In this document: positions 47,921 through 58,018 of the stretch, piece by piece
Numbering within the stretch: the stretch's first letter is position 1
Layout: each line of letters begins with the position of its first letter
Program-made: the position numbers and the translations under genes
The notes under the pieces: generated by a model
The model's database searches: none
Seen by the model: only the letters and a program-made list of their open reading frames with translations
What the model was told of the DNA's origin: nothing
Source of the DNA: Nanohaloarchaea archaeon B1-Br10_U2g21
GTDB lineage: Archaea > Nanohalarchaeota > Nanosalinia > Nanosalinales > Nanosalinaceae
NCBI GenBank assembly: GCA_001563915.1
Contig: LKMP01000003.1
Span: 1-64,000, forward strand
Direction of reading: 5' to 3'
Length of the DNA: 64,000 bases

Positions 47921-48979
47921 ATGGCGCGCAAAGAAGTTTACTCAGGTTCTATTGAGAGAATTGAGGTAATGAATGCTGATGATGAAGAAGATTTTCCTTG
48001 GATTGAGGAAGATGAATATAGAGAACTTTACAAGAAAATGATGATTGCACGAAAGTTTGATGAAAAAGCGTTTTCACTTCAAAGAAGAGGAGAAATCAGC
48101 ACTTATGCCCCTCACAAAGGGCAGGAAGCAGCACAGATAGGTTCAATGTTTGCTTTGGAAGAGGATGATTGGATGGTGCCTAGCTTCAGAGAAACTGCGG
48201 CATTCATAATGCGCGGTGCGCCCTTAGAGAAAATATTTCAGAGGTGGATGGGTAATGCTAATGGACAAAAAGGAATTTCTGAAATCAATACTTTGCCTGT
48301 AGCTATACCTGTAGGCACTCAAAATTTGCATACGGCAGGGCTAGGAATGGCTATGAGCTTTAAAGAAGATGAAAATGCAGTGATAGGTTTTACAGGAGAT
48401 GGATCTACAAGTGAAGGCGACTTTCATGAGGCATTAAACTTCGCAGGAGTTTACAACGCTCACTCGGTGTTTTTTGTGCAAAACAACCAGTTTGCGATTT
48501 CTATGCCTCGTGAGAAGCAGACTAAATCCGAGACCATTGCTCAGAAAGCCTTAGCCTATGGCATAGAAGGCATCCAAGTTGATGGAAATGATATTTTAGC
48601 CGTTATTAAAGCTACACAGGAAGCTTTAGAGAGCGCCCGAAACGGAAATCCTGTTTTGATAGAGGCAGTAACTTATCGTTTAGAAGACCATACTACGTCT
48701 GATGACTCTACAAGATACAGAGATAGTGAAGAAGTAGAGGAGTGGAAAGAAAAAGATCCTTTGAAACGTTTCCGCGAATATTTACAGGAGCATGACATAT
48801 GGGATGATGAACTAGAGGCCTTTGAGGAAGAAGCAAAGAAAATAGTAGATGAAGCAGCAAATAAGGCCTTGGAAATGGAGGAGCCTGAGTTTGATGAACT
48901 TTTTGACTATGTATATGCCGATATGCCTGATTTGTTGGCTGATGAAAAGGAAGAATTCAAAGAAGAGGTGAACAAATAA
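47921..48979 (+). CDS. pdhA: pyruvate dehydrogenase E1 component, alpha subunit
   Basis: TPP-binding GDG…N motif (GFTGDGSTSEGDFHEALNFA). Confidence 0.9.
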   Translation: MARKEVYSGSIERIEVMNADDEEDFPWIEEDEYRELYKKMMIARKFDEKAFSLQRRGEISTYAPHKGQEAAQIGSMFALEEDDWMVPSFRETAAFIMRGAPLEKIFQRWMGNANGQKGISEINTLPVAIPVGTQNLHTAGLGMAMSFKEDENAVIGFTGDGSTSEGDFHEALNFAGVYNAHSVFFVQNNQFAISMPREKQTKSETIAQKALAYGIEGIQVDGNDILAVIKATQEALESARNGNPVLIEAVTYRLEDHTTSDDSTRYRDSEEVEEWKEKDPLKRFREYLQEHDIWDDELEAFEEEAKKIVDEAANKALEMEEPEFDELFDYVYADMPDLLADEKEEFKEEVNK

Positions 48980-49947
48980 TGACAGAAAAAATGAATGTTA
49001 TTGAAGCCGTAAACGAAGCCCTAAGAGATGAAATGAATGAGGATGAAAACGTTATTGCCTACGGTGAGGACGTGGGTGAGGATGGAGGCGTTTTTCGGGC
49101 TACGAAAGGCTTGCAGGAAGAATTTGGAGAGAAACGAGTTTTTTCATCCCCTTTGGCTGAATCTGGAATAGCAGGTACTGCCATAGGGATGGGGCTTTAT
49201 GGTTTCAAACCGGTAGTTGAGATGCAGTTTTCTGGTTTCTCTTATCTTGCATTCTACCAGATTAAAGAACACGCGTCCCGGATGAGGATAAGAAGTCGGG
49301 GCGACTACACCGCCCCTCTTACTGTGAGAGCTCCTTATGGTGGAGGAATACGTGCATTAGAACACCATCAGGAAAGTCCAGAGGCCTTTTATGCACATTC
49401 TCAAGGCCTTCATGTAGTAATACCTAGTAACCCTCAGGACACTTACTCTCTACTCAGAAAATCGATACAGATGGATGATCCAGTAGTGTTCTTAGAGCCT
49501 AAAAAGATTTACAGAGCGTTCAAAGGCGAAGTTGATAAGGAAAAAGAAGTCGATTTAGAAAAAGCAAATGTAGTGAAAGAAGGGGAAGACGTGACTTTAA
49601 TCGCTTGGGGTGCGATGGTACCTCTAGCTAAAGAAGCAGCGAGAGATACAGACATCTCAGTAGAAATAATTGATTTGAGATGTATTTACCCAACAGATTT
49701 CGGCACCATTATCAGTTCTGTAAAGAAAACTGGAAGAGCAATGGTGCTTCATGAGGCGCCAAAAACAGGAGGTTTCGGCGGAGAAATTGCAGCAAGAATA
49801 CAGGAAGAAGCAATTCTTCATATGGAAGCTCCAGTTGAAAGAGTAGCTGCACCAGATGTGCCTTACCCTCTCTATACGCTAGAAGATTACTACATGCCTA
49901 ACAAAAAAAGAGTTAAAAACGGCCTTGAAAGAGTGCTGGAATTTTAG
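48979..49947 (+). CDS. pdhB: pyruvate dehydrogenase E1 component, beta subunit
   Basis: Transketolase-like pyrimidine-binding domain (…YGEDVGEDGGVFRATKGL…), ATGA-type coupling with pdhA. Confidence 0.9.
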   Translation: MTEKMNVIEAVNEALRDEMNEDENVIAYGEDVGEDGGVFRATKGLQEEFGEKRVFSSPLAESGIAGTAIGMGLYGFKPVVEMQFSGFSYLAFYQIKEHASRMRIRSRGDYTAPLTVRAPYGGGIRALEHHQESPEAFYAHSQGLHVVIPSNPQDTYSLLRKSIQMDDPVVFLEPKKIYRAFKGEVDKEKEVDLEKANVVKEGEDVTLIAWGAMVPLAKEAARDTDISVEIIDLRCIYPTDFGTIISSVKKTGRAMVLHEAPKTGGFGGEIAARIQEEAILHMEAPVERVAAPDVPYPLYTLEDYYMPNKKRVKNGLERVLEF

Positions 49948-49956
49948 GTGATCTAA

Positions 49957-51507
49957 ATTAAATTCAAGTTCCCTGATACTGGAGAAGGAGTCACAGAAGG
50001 AAAATTTCTAGATTGGCAAGTAGAAACAGGGGACGAAGTCAAAGAAGATCAAATAGTAGGAAGCGCCGAAACCGATAAGGCTGTAGTAGACATTCCATCT
50101 CCCAGCGATGGTTTAGTTAAAGATTTGAAGGCCTCTCCAGGCGACAATGTTAAAGTGGGTGATGTAATAATGATACTAGATACTGATAAGGACTCTGGTC
50201 AAGACACTAAGACAGACGAGTCCATATCAAATAAAACAATAGATAATAACGAAACTAAGGATGAAAAACTGTCTGAACCGCAAACAGATGAACACGTAGA
50301 TGCAGTAATGGGAGGTTCACCATCAGCAAGCTCTTATTCTAACGAAAACTCCGATAAAAGTCAAAAACAGGAGCAAAAACATTCGAAAGACAATAAAGAC
50401 AAAATACTAGCGCTTCCAAAAGTAAGAAAAAAAGCTGAAAAAATAGGCGTTGATTTGGCTAAAATAGATAAAGAAGGCCGAATTACAGAAGAAGATCTAG
50501 AAAAAGCCTCAGGAAAAGAAGTTTCAGCCGACTCTAAAGAAACTGAAACCATTAAAGAAGAGTCTAAAGAATCATCTGAGGCAGTAGAGCATCATTCTCC
50601 TTCTGAAAGCATTAATGCAAGCCCTTCTGTCAAGAGATTAGCGCGTAAAAAGAATGTTAATCTTTCAAAAATAAATGGTTCTGGTAGAGGCGGAGAAATC
50701 ACTAGAGAAGATATTAAAAAGGCTTTAAAAGGTCAAACAGACGATAATAAAGAAAAGAAAACTCAAGGTTCTGAAATAGAAGATACTAAGTCAGAAATCC
50801 ATATTGAAGAAGAAGGCTTAGTTGAAAAAGTGGATATGAACGGCGTGCGTAAAGCTACAGCAAAGAAGATGAAAAAATCCAAGTTTACAGCACCACACGT
50901 CACCCATGTTGAAAAAGCAGACATAACCGACCTAGTTGAGTTACGCGAATCTGTTAAAGGCAAAGTTGACGCCCACCTGACCTACCTGCCGTTCATCATG
51001 AAGGCCTTAATAGCTGGTTTAAAGGAACACCCAGATTTAAACGCCGAACTAGATGAAGAACATAATCAAATAATACGGAAGAAATTTTATGACTTCAATA
51101 TTGCAGTAGACACTGATAGAGGTCTCTTAGTACCGAGAATAGAAAACGTTGATAGCAAGAACATGGTAGAATTAGCAGAAGCAATTGGAGACAAAGCTGA
51201 AAAGGCGCAGAATGGAGATCTTTCAGCAAAAGAAATGGCTCCCGGCACATTTTCAATCACTAATCTCGGTGTGATAGGCGGAGAAGAATTTACTCCAATC
51301 ATCTACCCTCCTCAAACAGCCATACTAGGAATAGGTAAAATAACTGAAACTGCTGAAGTAATTGAAAACGAAGTTGTTCCTCGAACAACTGTAAGACTTT
51401 GTTTAAGCTATGATCACCGAGTAGTAGATGGTGCAGAAGCTGCTCACTTCATAAATAAAGTTATCGAAGACTTAGAAAACCCTAGAGAGTTAATACTGGA
51501 GTTGTAA
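49957..51507 (+). CDS. pdhC: dihydrolipoamide acyltransferase (PDH E2), including an N-terminal lipoyl domain encoded upstream of the first ATG
   Basis: In-frame IKFKFPDTGEGVTEGKFLDWQVETGDEVKEDQIVGSAETDKAVVDIPSPSDG (lipoyl-lysine TDKA motif) begins immediately after a TAA at 49954-56 with ATT AAA. There is a long Lys/Glu-rich linker, and a catalytic domain with the DHRVVDG motif. Confidence 0.8.
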   Translation: MKFKFPDTGEGVTEGKFLDWQVETGDEVKEDQIVGSAETDKAVVDIPSPSDGLVKDLKASPGDNVKVGDVIMILDTDKDSGQDTKTDESISNKTIDNNETKDEKLSEPQTDEHVDAVMGGSPSASSYSNENSDKSQKQEQKHSKDNKDKILALPKVRKKAEKIGVDLAKIDKEGRITEEDLEKASGKEVSADSKETETIKEESKESSEAVEHHSPSESINASPSVKRLARKKNVNLSKINGSGRGGEITREDIKKALKGQTDDNKEKKTQGSEIEDTKSEIHIEEEGLVEKVDMNGVRKATAKKMKKSKFTAPHVTHVEKADITDLVELRESVKGKVDAHLTYLPFIMKALIAGLKEHPDLNAELDEEHNQIIRKKFYDFNIAVDTDRGLLVPRIENVDSKNMVELAEAIGDKAEKAQNGDLSAKEMAPGTFSITNLGVIGGEEFTPIIYPPQTAILGIGKITETAEVIENEVVPRTTVRLCLSYDHRVVDGAEAAHFINKVIEDLENPRELILEL

Positions 51508-51510
51508 AAA

Positions 51511-52914
51511 ATGGTTGTAGGAGATATAGCTACTGGGACGGAATTACTTGTAATAGGAGGAGGCCCTGGCGGCTACTCTGCAGCCATAAGAGCAGCAAAA
51601 AAAGGAATGGATGTGACTTTAGTAGAGCGAGATAAAGTAGGCGGAACCTGTCTTAACTATGGCTGCATACCTGCAAAGTCTCTTATCCATGCTGCAGGAT
51701 TTCAGAAAAGCATAGAACATTGGGATTCGCTTGGAATACACACAGAAGAACTAGACGTAAATTTCCATGAGATACAGGATTGGAAAATAAATGTAATAGA
51801 AAAGCTAAATTCTGGCGTAAAAACCGTACTTGAACAAGAAAACGTTGACGTAAAAAAAGGTGAAGCGCGATTTATAGATGGAAAAACAGTGCGCGTAGGA
51901 GAAGCGCATAAAGCTGAGAAAATAGAGTTCGAGAAATGTATAATCGCTACAGGAAGCAGACCTATAGAGATACCCGGCCTAGAATTTGATAAAGAAGGTG
52001 TAATATCCTCTAAAGAGCTTCTATACTTAGAAGAAGTTCCTGAAGACCTCGTTGTAGTTGGAGGAGGCTACATCGGTATGGAAGCTGTTACAAAATTTTG
52101 TAAGTTCGGCTCTAACGTAAAAATAATTGAATCAGAAAGTAGAGTGCTTGCAAACTTTGAAGAAGAAATAGTAGATAATATCCAAGAGTCTTCAAGCTGT
52201 TACACTGCAGAATTATACACCTCTACAAATGCAGTAGAAGTGAAAGAAGGCGATAGACCAGTTCTAGTAGCAGAAAAAGACGGAGAGTCTCTAGAAATAG
52301 AAGGAGATTATGTACTTGTTGCAGCAGGCAGAACGCCTAAACCTGTGCTAGAAAATCTGCAAATAAAGAATGCAGATCTAGAATCAAACGAAGATGGCTT
52401 TATAGAACATGACAATCAGATGAAGGCTTCTGAAGATATTTTTGTGATAGGTGATGCTGCAGGAACCCCTATGCTTGCGCATAAAGCCTACATGGAAGGT
52501 AAAATCGCAGCAGAAGTTGCTTCTGGAGAAAATTCGGGTATGGATTCTGAATTTATACCGAAAGTTATGTACACGGATCCTGAAGTAGCAGTAGTAGGTC
52601 TTAACGAAGATGAAGCCCGTAAAGAATATGGGAACGTCCTGATAGGTAAGTTTTCAATGGCTCATTCCGGTAGGGCGTTGACTACCTATGGAGGGAAAGG
52701 CTTTGTCAAAGTCGTGGCTTCTGAAGATGAAAAACTACTTGGAGTAAGTATAGTATCTGAAAGAGCCTCAGAAATGATTGCGGAAGCAACTCTTGCTCTA
52801 GAGATGCAGGCCTATTTAGACGACGTAATTTATACAGTTCACGCTCATCCTACTTTCGCGGAGGGCTTTAAAGAGGCTTGCGAAGATGCGAAAGACTTGA
52901 GCGTGCATTCCTAG
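51511..52914 (+). CDS. lpdA: dihydrolipoamide dehydrogenase (E3)
   Basis: FAD-binding GGGPGGY, redox-active disulfide GGTCLNYGCIPAK, C-terminal HAHPT. Confidence 0.9.
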   Translation: MVVGDIATGTELLVIGGGPGGYSAAIRAAKKGMDVTLVERDKVGGTCLNYGCIPAKSLIHAAGFQKSIEHWDSLGIHTEELDVNFHEIQDWKINVIEKLNSGVKTVLEQENVDVKKGEARFIDGKTVRVGEAHKAEKIEFEKCIIATGSRPIEIPGLEFDKEGVISSKELLYLEEVPEDLVVVGGGYIGMEAVTKFCKFGSNVKIIESESRVLANFEEEIVDNIQESSSCYTAELYTSTNAVEVKEGDRPVLVAEKDGESLEIEGDYVLVAAGRTPKPVLENLQIKNADLESNEDGFIEHDNQMKASEDIFVIGDAAGTPMLAHKAYMEGKIAAEVASGENSGMDSEFIPKVMYTDPEVAVVGLNEDEARKEYGNVLIGKFSMAHSGRALTTYGGKGFVKVVASEDEKLLGVSIVSERASEMIAEATLALEMQAYLDDVIYTVHAHPTFAEGFKEACEDAKDLSVHS

Positions 52915-52970
52915 TCTCTGACGATTTATTATTGACCAAGTGGCAATCTTAAAAGTATTCAGACTAATTC

Positions 52971-53777
52971 TTGTACATGGTAGAATGCCCATTCAGTGAC
53001 AAAGAATTTGATTCTAAACATGAGATGTATCTTTACTGGGCAGAGAACCATATGGACGAACTCAATTCTCATCAGAAGAATAAAGTAAAGAAAGCGAAGA
53101 GGAAAGAAAATGAAAGTCAGCAAGCACAGCTAGCATGGCGTAAAAAAATGATGATGAGAGGCTTAGCAGGCCTAGTAGTAGTTTTTGTAGTATATCTTTC
53201 CGCGCCTGCAATTGCAAATCTCTTTGCTGGAGGAGCATCAATTGATTTCGATGAACTAGAGCTAGAGAACCAGCCAATGCTCGGAGACGAAGATGCCGAC
53301 GTAACAGTAGTAGAATTTGGAGACTACCTCTGTCCGGCATGTCAGAGCTTTGAACAGCAGGTTAAACCTGAGCTAATGAACTTAATCGATGAAGGAGATG
53401 TAAAGTTCTATTATCTGGATATAACCCTGCCGCAGTTCAGCCCTCAGAATGTACAGGCATCAATAGCTGCACAATGCGTTTACGAACAAGACGAAGATGA
53501 ATTTTGGAACATGCATGACGCGCTCTACGTAAATCAAGGACAGATAGATTACGGCTCATCTTCTCTGGTAACTTTAGCAGAGGACAGTACTGAAGGCCTA
53601 GACTATGAAGAACTTGAAACGTGTATCGAAGAAGAAGAGACCGGCGATGCAGTAGACAGAGATAATCGATTTGCTGATAACAATGGCGTGACTTCAACAC
53701 CTACAGTATTTGTGGACGGAGATCGCATCGCAAACTGGGAAGAGCTGGCCTCTCTTATTGAAGACAACTATCTGTAA
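52971..53777 (+). CDS. paralog of the zinc-finger-TM-DsbA-like fusion (degenerate N-terminal finger; thioredoxin CPAC)
   Basis: VECPFSDKEFDSKHEMYLYWAENH aligns to the C2H2 finger of the 37700 gene, but the second Cys and first His are replaced. A TM helix (GLAGLVVVFVVYLSAPAI) is followed by YLCPACQSFE and a DsbA-like C-terminus (TSTPTVFVDGDRI). Confidence 0.65.
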   Translation: MYMVECPFSDKEFDSKHEMYLYWAENHMDELNSHQKNKVKKAKRKENESQQAQLAWRKKMMMRGLAGLVVVFVVYLSAPAIANLFAGGASIDFDELELENQPMLGDEDADVTVVEFGDYLCPACQSFEQQVKPELMNLIDEGDVKFYYLDITLPQFSPQNVQASIAAQCVYEQDEDEFWNMHDALYVNQGQIDYGSSSLVTLAEDSTEGLDYEELETCIEEEETGDAVDRDNRFADNNGVTSTPTVFVDGDRIANWEELASLIEDNYL

Positions 53778-54430
53778 TGGAAGATAACCTATTGGAGCAT
53801 TACCAACATAATAGGGATGAAATAGAAGCTACAATAGAAGAATTTAGAAAGCTAAGAACTAGTAATGATACTCGGATTTTCCAAGAACTCTCATTCGTTA
53901 TTTTCACATCTCAAAGTTCTGCTGAAAACTCTTGGTCTGCGGCCAGAAAAATAGGTATGGAAGGCCTTCTAGAACTTGAAAAAGGTGAAATAGCTCATAT
54001 ACTCACACAAGAAGATGTGGCGTACGAAAATCGTAAAGCAGACTATATTATTCAAAACAGAGAATTTTTATCACAGCCTACTTTCAGAAATCCTTCTACC
54101 ACTTTGAAATTAAAATCTCGTATAAGAACTGAAAACCTCAATACTACTAGAAAATGGTTTGCAGAGAATATTAAAGGAATAAGCTGGAAAGGTAGCTCCC
54201 ACTTCCTTAGGAATATTGGTTATGGAGATGAATTTGCAATACTTTCTCAGCATACTCTCAGCGTTTTAGCTGATTTAGATGTTCTTGCTAAAGAAAAACC
54301 GCCGAAAACTGAGAAAGAATATCTATCGGCAGAGAAACAAGTTCAAGAATTTTCAAAAGAGATAGGCATCAATATTCAGGCTTTAGACCTAGTTTTATGG
54401 TCTTTAAGAACTGGAAAAGTATTCAAGTAA
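53777..54430 (+). CDS. ogg: N-glycosylase/DNA lyase (archaeal Ogg2-type 8-oxoguanine DNA glycosylase)
   Basis: GISWKGSSHFLRNIGYGDEFAILSQHT matches the Ogg2 HhH-GPD region. About 217 aa. Confidence 0.75.
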   Translation: MEDNLLEHYQHNRDEIEATIEEFRKLRTSNDTRIFQELSFVIFTSQSSAENSWSAARKIGMEGLLELEKGEIAHILTQEDVAYENRKADYIIQNREFLSQPTFRNPSTTLKLKSRIRTENLNTTRKWFAENIKGISWKGSSHFLRNIGYGDEFAILSQHTLSVLADLDVLAKEKPPKTEKEYLSAEKQVQEFSKEIGINIQALDLVLWSLRTGKVFK

Positions 54431-54440
54431 GAAATTGCCT

Positions 54441-56825
54441 CTAGTTGAAACGTCCTAGGCCGCTTTGACGACCTTTGCCTTTTAACTGGTTCTCAGTATA
54501 GTCAAAGACCTTGAGAACTCTCAATGCAACAGGAATTAATTGGTTTTCTATGTAATAATCTGCGTCATAGCTTTCAGCATACTTCGTAAGTTCTGCTTTC
54601 CCAGATATTGTGCTACCATTAGTTGTAATTACGTAATCTACAGTAGTTTCAGGCTGTATGTCATCTCCCCTTTTCATGGCTTTTTTCGCAGCCTCAACGT
54701 GAGGAGCGGTTGAACCATATTCTTCCGGCGGTTTAGTCAATGTAGTATAGATTTTCAACTTTTCAACAGGCACATTTCCTGACTTCAAGGAGTCAACTCT
54801 TTCTTTCACAAGCTTAACAGCCCCCTCCACATCGTCTTCAAGAACCTTCCGGAGTACCTCTTCCTGTGTGTCCTTAGCTATAGGACTCCAGTCGCGCCGC
54901 ACCTGTTCAAAACCAGTTATCTTCATCACTCCATCATCATCTATCAACGCATATTTTTTCTTTGCACCTTCTCCAGACTCTTTCGAAGTGAAAAATCCTC
55001 TCTTAAACAAGCCCTCAAACTCTAATTCCATAAAATCAGGCAATTCCGAATTGACCGATTCTAAAAATCCATCCAAGTGTTCTTCAAGATTATCCTTACG
55101 AAGCATAACAGAATCAGTATCCCCATAAACCATTTCGAATCCCATTTCTTCAGCCATTTCAACAGTATCTTGAATATACTTTCTGCCTAGAAACGTTGTG
55201 GCCTCTGCTGACTCTCGAGAATACCATCTTGCCCCGCTATAACCTAGATAACCATAGAAAGAGTTAGCAAGTATTTTCTGAGCTTGTTGCCTATTATCTA
55301 AAGACTGATACTCTACCCCCTCAGCAGTTTCCATCTGCTCTTTTATCTCATATCGAGAACTCACTAAATCTTCAACCAATTCTGGGAAAAATCCTTGTTT
55401 ATCTTGACAGAAACTGCACCCCATTTCCTCTACCTCGAACTCATCTTCACAACCTTCTACTTCGAGTGTATCTGGAGAAATATTATGCGCCACCATTACT
55501 GTAGGATACAAGCTACGGAAATCAAATACTGCCACGTCCTCATATAATCCTGGATTAGGCGTATAAACAAATCCTCCTTTATAAGCCTGTTCTCTATCTC
55601 TCTTGCTTCTCTTAGATTGAGAAGGCCTGTTCTCTGCTAAAATGTTACGATGATATGCTTCTCGTAATAGATAGTTTTCTGTAAGCTGACCGTACGTCAT
55701 TCTACAAGTGTCAAAAGGAATCAGACCTGTTATCTTAGAAAGCTCTATTATCTGCGGCACTATTTCTCTTCCTAGTTTATAGGTAATTTCTGCATCTTTC
55801 AATGCATAATGAGAGAACTTATCGATGTCTCCATCTTCTCTCCATATAGTTTTCATTTCATCCCACTCTAACTGATCTTTTTTTAATCCAATTAGTTCTC
55901 GAGCGACAGAGTCAAGATCTAAAGTCTCTGAATCTATCCCTGGCGCCATTATGTGAGTGATAAATGGATATAGGTCTAAATGCATTCTACCTTTAATTCT
56001 AGCACCAGCGAAACGTCCTCGTCGATTAAATTTCATTCGCTCTCCGTTTCGGCCTAAAGATAGTTCTATATTATTTCTTTCAGCAGCCTTTCTAAGAACT
56101 TGAAAATCAAACTCATCCGTATTATAACCTGTTAAAATATCAGTATCTTGCTCTTCAACAATCTCAATAAATCTTTGAAGGAGTTTTTCTTCGTCTTCTA
56201 AAGTTTCAACAAAATCTAGTTGTGACTCTTTCAAGCTTAAAACTTTAGAAAAGTTATTAGAATAAAATGCCGCCATTATTATTTCATCATCTATTACTTC
56301 AAGATCAAAAGACATCTCTCGCCACTCAGTTTCTCCTGAAATAGGTTTTACATCTTCCACCAGGATAACTGATTCAAAGTCCTCAGACTCTTCCAACTCT
56401 CCTTTTACCTCAACATTTTGACCAGGCCTGATAGCATTATCTATAAGATAACGCCTGTAAAATGGGATATCAAACTCTCTGCATTTTTTTACAGATTTAA
56501 GATCCCATATAGCATTTTTTAGATGCGGAACATTTGCAGGAATATTTGTGATTATTTTTAAGGCGTTTAAACTTTCTTTTTCGCTCTTTAACTCGACATT
56601 TTCAGTTTTTAGAATATTAATACTTCTTCCATTATCAGATTCGAACTCTATATCTTCTATCTCATCTTTTATTTCTTCAACATCTTTTTCGGGTATTGCA
56701 TAGAAGTAAGGCTTGAATTCGGAGTCTTTCAGCATGTGCACGCCGTCGCTATTTCTCCCAAATATACGGACAGTTACCTCTGTATCGTCTACGACGTAAT
56801 CTGCATCAAATACTGTAAGTTTCAC
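54441..56825 (-). CDS. polB: DNA polymerase family B
   Basis: Exo I FDLE and polymerase YGDTDS (MVYGDTDSVML) motifs. 794 aa. Confidence 0.95.
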   Translation of the reverse strand: MKLTVFDADYVVDDTEVTVRIFGRNSDGVHMLKDSEFKPYFYAIPEKDVEEIKDEIEDIEFESDNGRSINILKTENVELKSEKESLNALKIITNIPANVPHLKNAIWDLKSVKKCREFDIPFYRRYLIDNAIRPGQNVEVKGELEESEDFESVILVEDVKPISGETEWREMSFDLEVIDDEIIMAAFYSNNFSKVLSLKESQLDFVETLEDEEKLLQRFIEIVEEQDTDILTGYNTDEFDFQVLRKAAERNNIELSLGRNGERMKFNRRGRFAGARIKGRMHLDLYPFITHIMAPGIDSETLDLDSVARELIGLKKDQLEWDEMKTIWREDGDIDKFSHYALKDAEITYKLGREIVPQIIELSKITGLIPFDTCRMTYGQLTENYLLREAYHRNILAENRPSQSKRSKRDREQAYKGGFVYTPNPGLYEDVAVFDFRSLYPTVMVAHNISPDTLEVEGCEDEFEVEEMGCSFCQDKQGFFPELVEDLVSSRYEIKEQMETAEGVEYQSLDNRQQAQKILANSFYGYLGYSGARWYSRESAEATTFLGRKYIQDTVEMAEEMGFEMVYGDTDSVMLRKDNLEEHLDGFLESVNSELPDFMELEFEGLFKRGFFTSKESGEGAKKKYALIDDDGVMKITGFEQVRRDWSPIAKDTQEEVLRKVLEDDVEGAVKLVKERVDSLKSGNVPVEKLKIYTTLTKPPEEYGSTAPHVEAAKKAMKRGDDIQPETTVDYVITTNGSTISGKAELTKYAESYDADYYIENQLIPVALRVLKVFDYTENQLKGKGRQSGLGRFN

Positions 56826-56898
56826 ACGAAACCTGTGAAATGTTGAAGGTTAAGTAATTCAGGGAACTGATTTAATTCTCGAGTCTCGGTTTTGATAC

Positions 56899-57555
56899 AT
56901 GAAAGTTCTACTTCTAACCGACATCCATGGCAATAGAGAAAATCTTGAGGAAATACTTTCTAGAGAAGAATTTGACGCTGTTTTATGTGCTGGAGACATA
57001 AGTGATGCTAGAGAGTACAGCGATTACTCCTCTAAATTAGATGAAATACTAGATATTCTGGAAGAAAAAGGCCGGCTAGCAAAAGCTATTCCAGGAAATA
57101 TGGATCCTGAAAAAGAATGTGTGGGCTCATTAATAGATAGAAGAATGAATCTGCACAAGAATATTGCCAGTTTCAGAGACTTTGAAGCAGTTGGCTTCGG
57201 CGGCGGCCTAACTCCTTTTGGAACGCCTTTTGAGCCTTCTGAAGAGGATATTAAAAATTCTCTAAATACTCTCTACTCTCGGATGACTGCGGAACGCAAA
57301 GTTGCAGTAATCCATCAACCGCCGAAAGACACTGATGTAGATATAGCAGAAGGAGATCATGTTGGAAGTGAAAAAGTGAGGGAGCTAATAGAAGAAAACA
57401 GCTTTGGTTTAGTATTGACAGGACATATACATGAATCAAGAGGGATCGATGAGCTTAGCGATACCGTAATAGTTAATCCTGGTCCCGTCTTAGATGGATT
57501 CTATGGAGTTTTAGATACTGAAAATGGTTTCGAGGCTGAGCTGAAGAGACTATAA
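56899..57555 (+). CDS. calcineurin-like metallophosphoesterase (YfcE/Vps29-like)
   Basis: LLTDIHGN (DxHG), AGDISD (GDxxD), IPGNMD (GNHD/E-like) and GHIHESRG (GHxH) motifs. Confidence 0.8.
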   Translation: MKVLLLTDIHGNRENLEEILSREEFDAVLCAGDISDAREYSDYSSKLDEILDILEEKGRLAKAIPGNMDPEKECVGSLIDRRMNLHKNIASFRDFEAVGFGGGLTPFGTPFEPSEEDIKNSLNTLYSRMTAERKVAVIHQPPKDTDVDIAEGDHVGSEKVRELIEENSFGLVLTGHIHESRGIDELSDTVIVNPGPVLDGFYGVLDTENGFEAELKRL

Positions 57556-57702
57556 CTCAGGAAGCCACTAGAGAAACTTAATATCTAATCTTCTATATAT
57601 TTTCTTTAACTCATATAATTAGAGTGGAATCAACACTGATAAGCCAAAATCGGTGTCTTCTAAGTAAGAGTTGAAGAATTGAAGGCCTCTGAGCGGGAAA
57701 GA

Positions 57703-57766
57703 CTTTTATAGATAGCTATATTGAATGTTATTTGAAAAAGGCCGATGGCCGCTAAAATGGAGGTGA
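57703..57766 (+). promoter_or_regulatory. TTTATA box (57703-57710) and GGAGGTGA Shine-Dalgarno (57759-57766) upstream of the histone gene
   Basis: Read directly from the sequence. The SD lies 7 nt upstream of the ATG at 57774. Confidence 0.45.
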
Positions 57767-57773
57767 AAAATTT

Positions 57774-57974
57774 ATGGCAGAACTACCACTTGCACCTGTA
57801 AAGAGAATCGTAAAACAGTCTGGAGCAGCGAGAGTATCTGAAGATGCAGTAGAAGAACTAAGAGACGAACTTGAAGCTCACGCAGAAGACAGAGCTAGAC
57901 AAGCTAAGGGATACGCAGAACACGCTGGCAGAAAGACTGTGCAGGCAGCAGACGTCAGAACTTCCAGACGATAA
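57774..57974 (+). CDS. archaeal histone (HMf-like histone fold)
   Basis: LPLAPVKRIVKQSGAARVSEDAVEEL…HAEHAGRKTVQAADV matches the archaeal histone consensus. 66 aa. Confidence 0.85.
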   Translation: MAELPLAPVKRIVKQSGAARVSEDAVEELRDELEAHAEDRARQAKGYAEHAGRKTVQAADVRTSRR

Positions 57975-58018
57975 GTCTGGACGAACTTTTTAACCCCTCC
58001 CCTCCCACCTTTTCTTTT

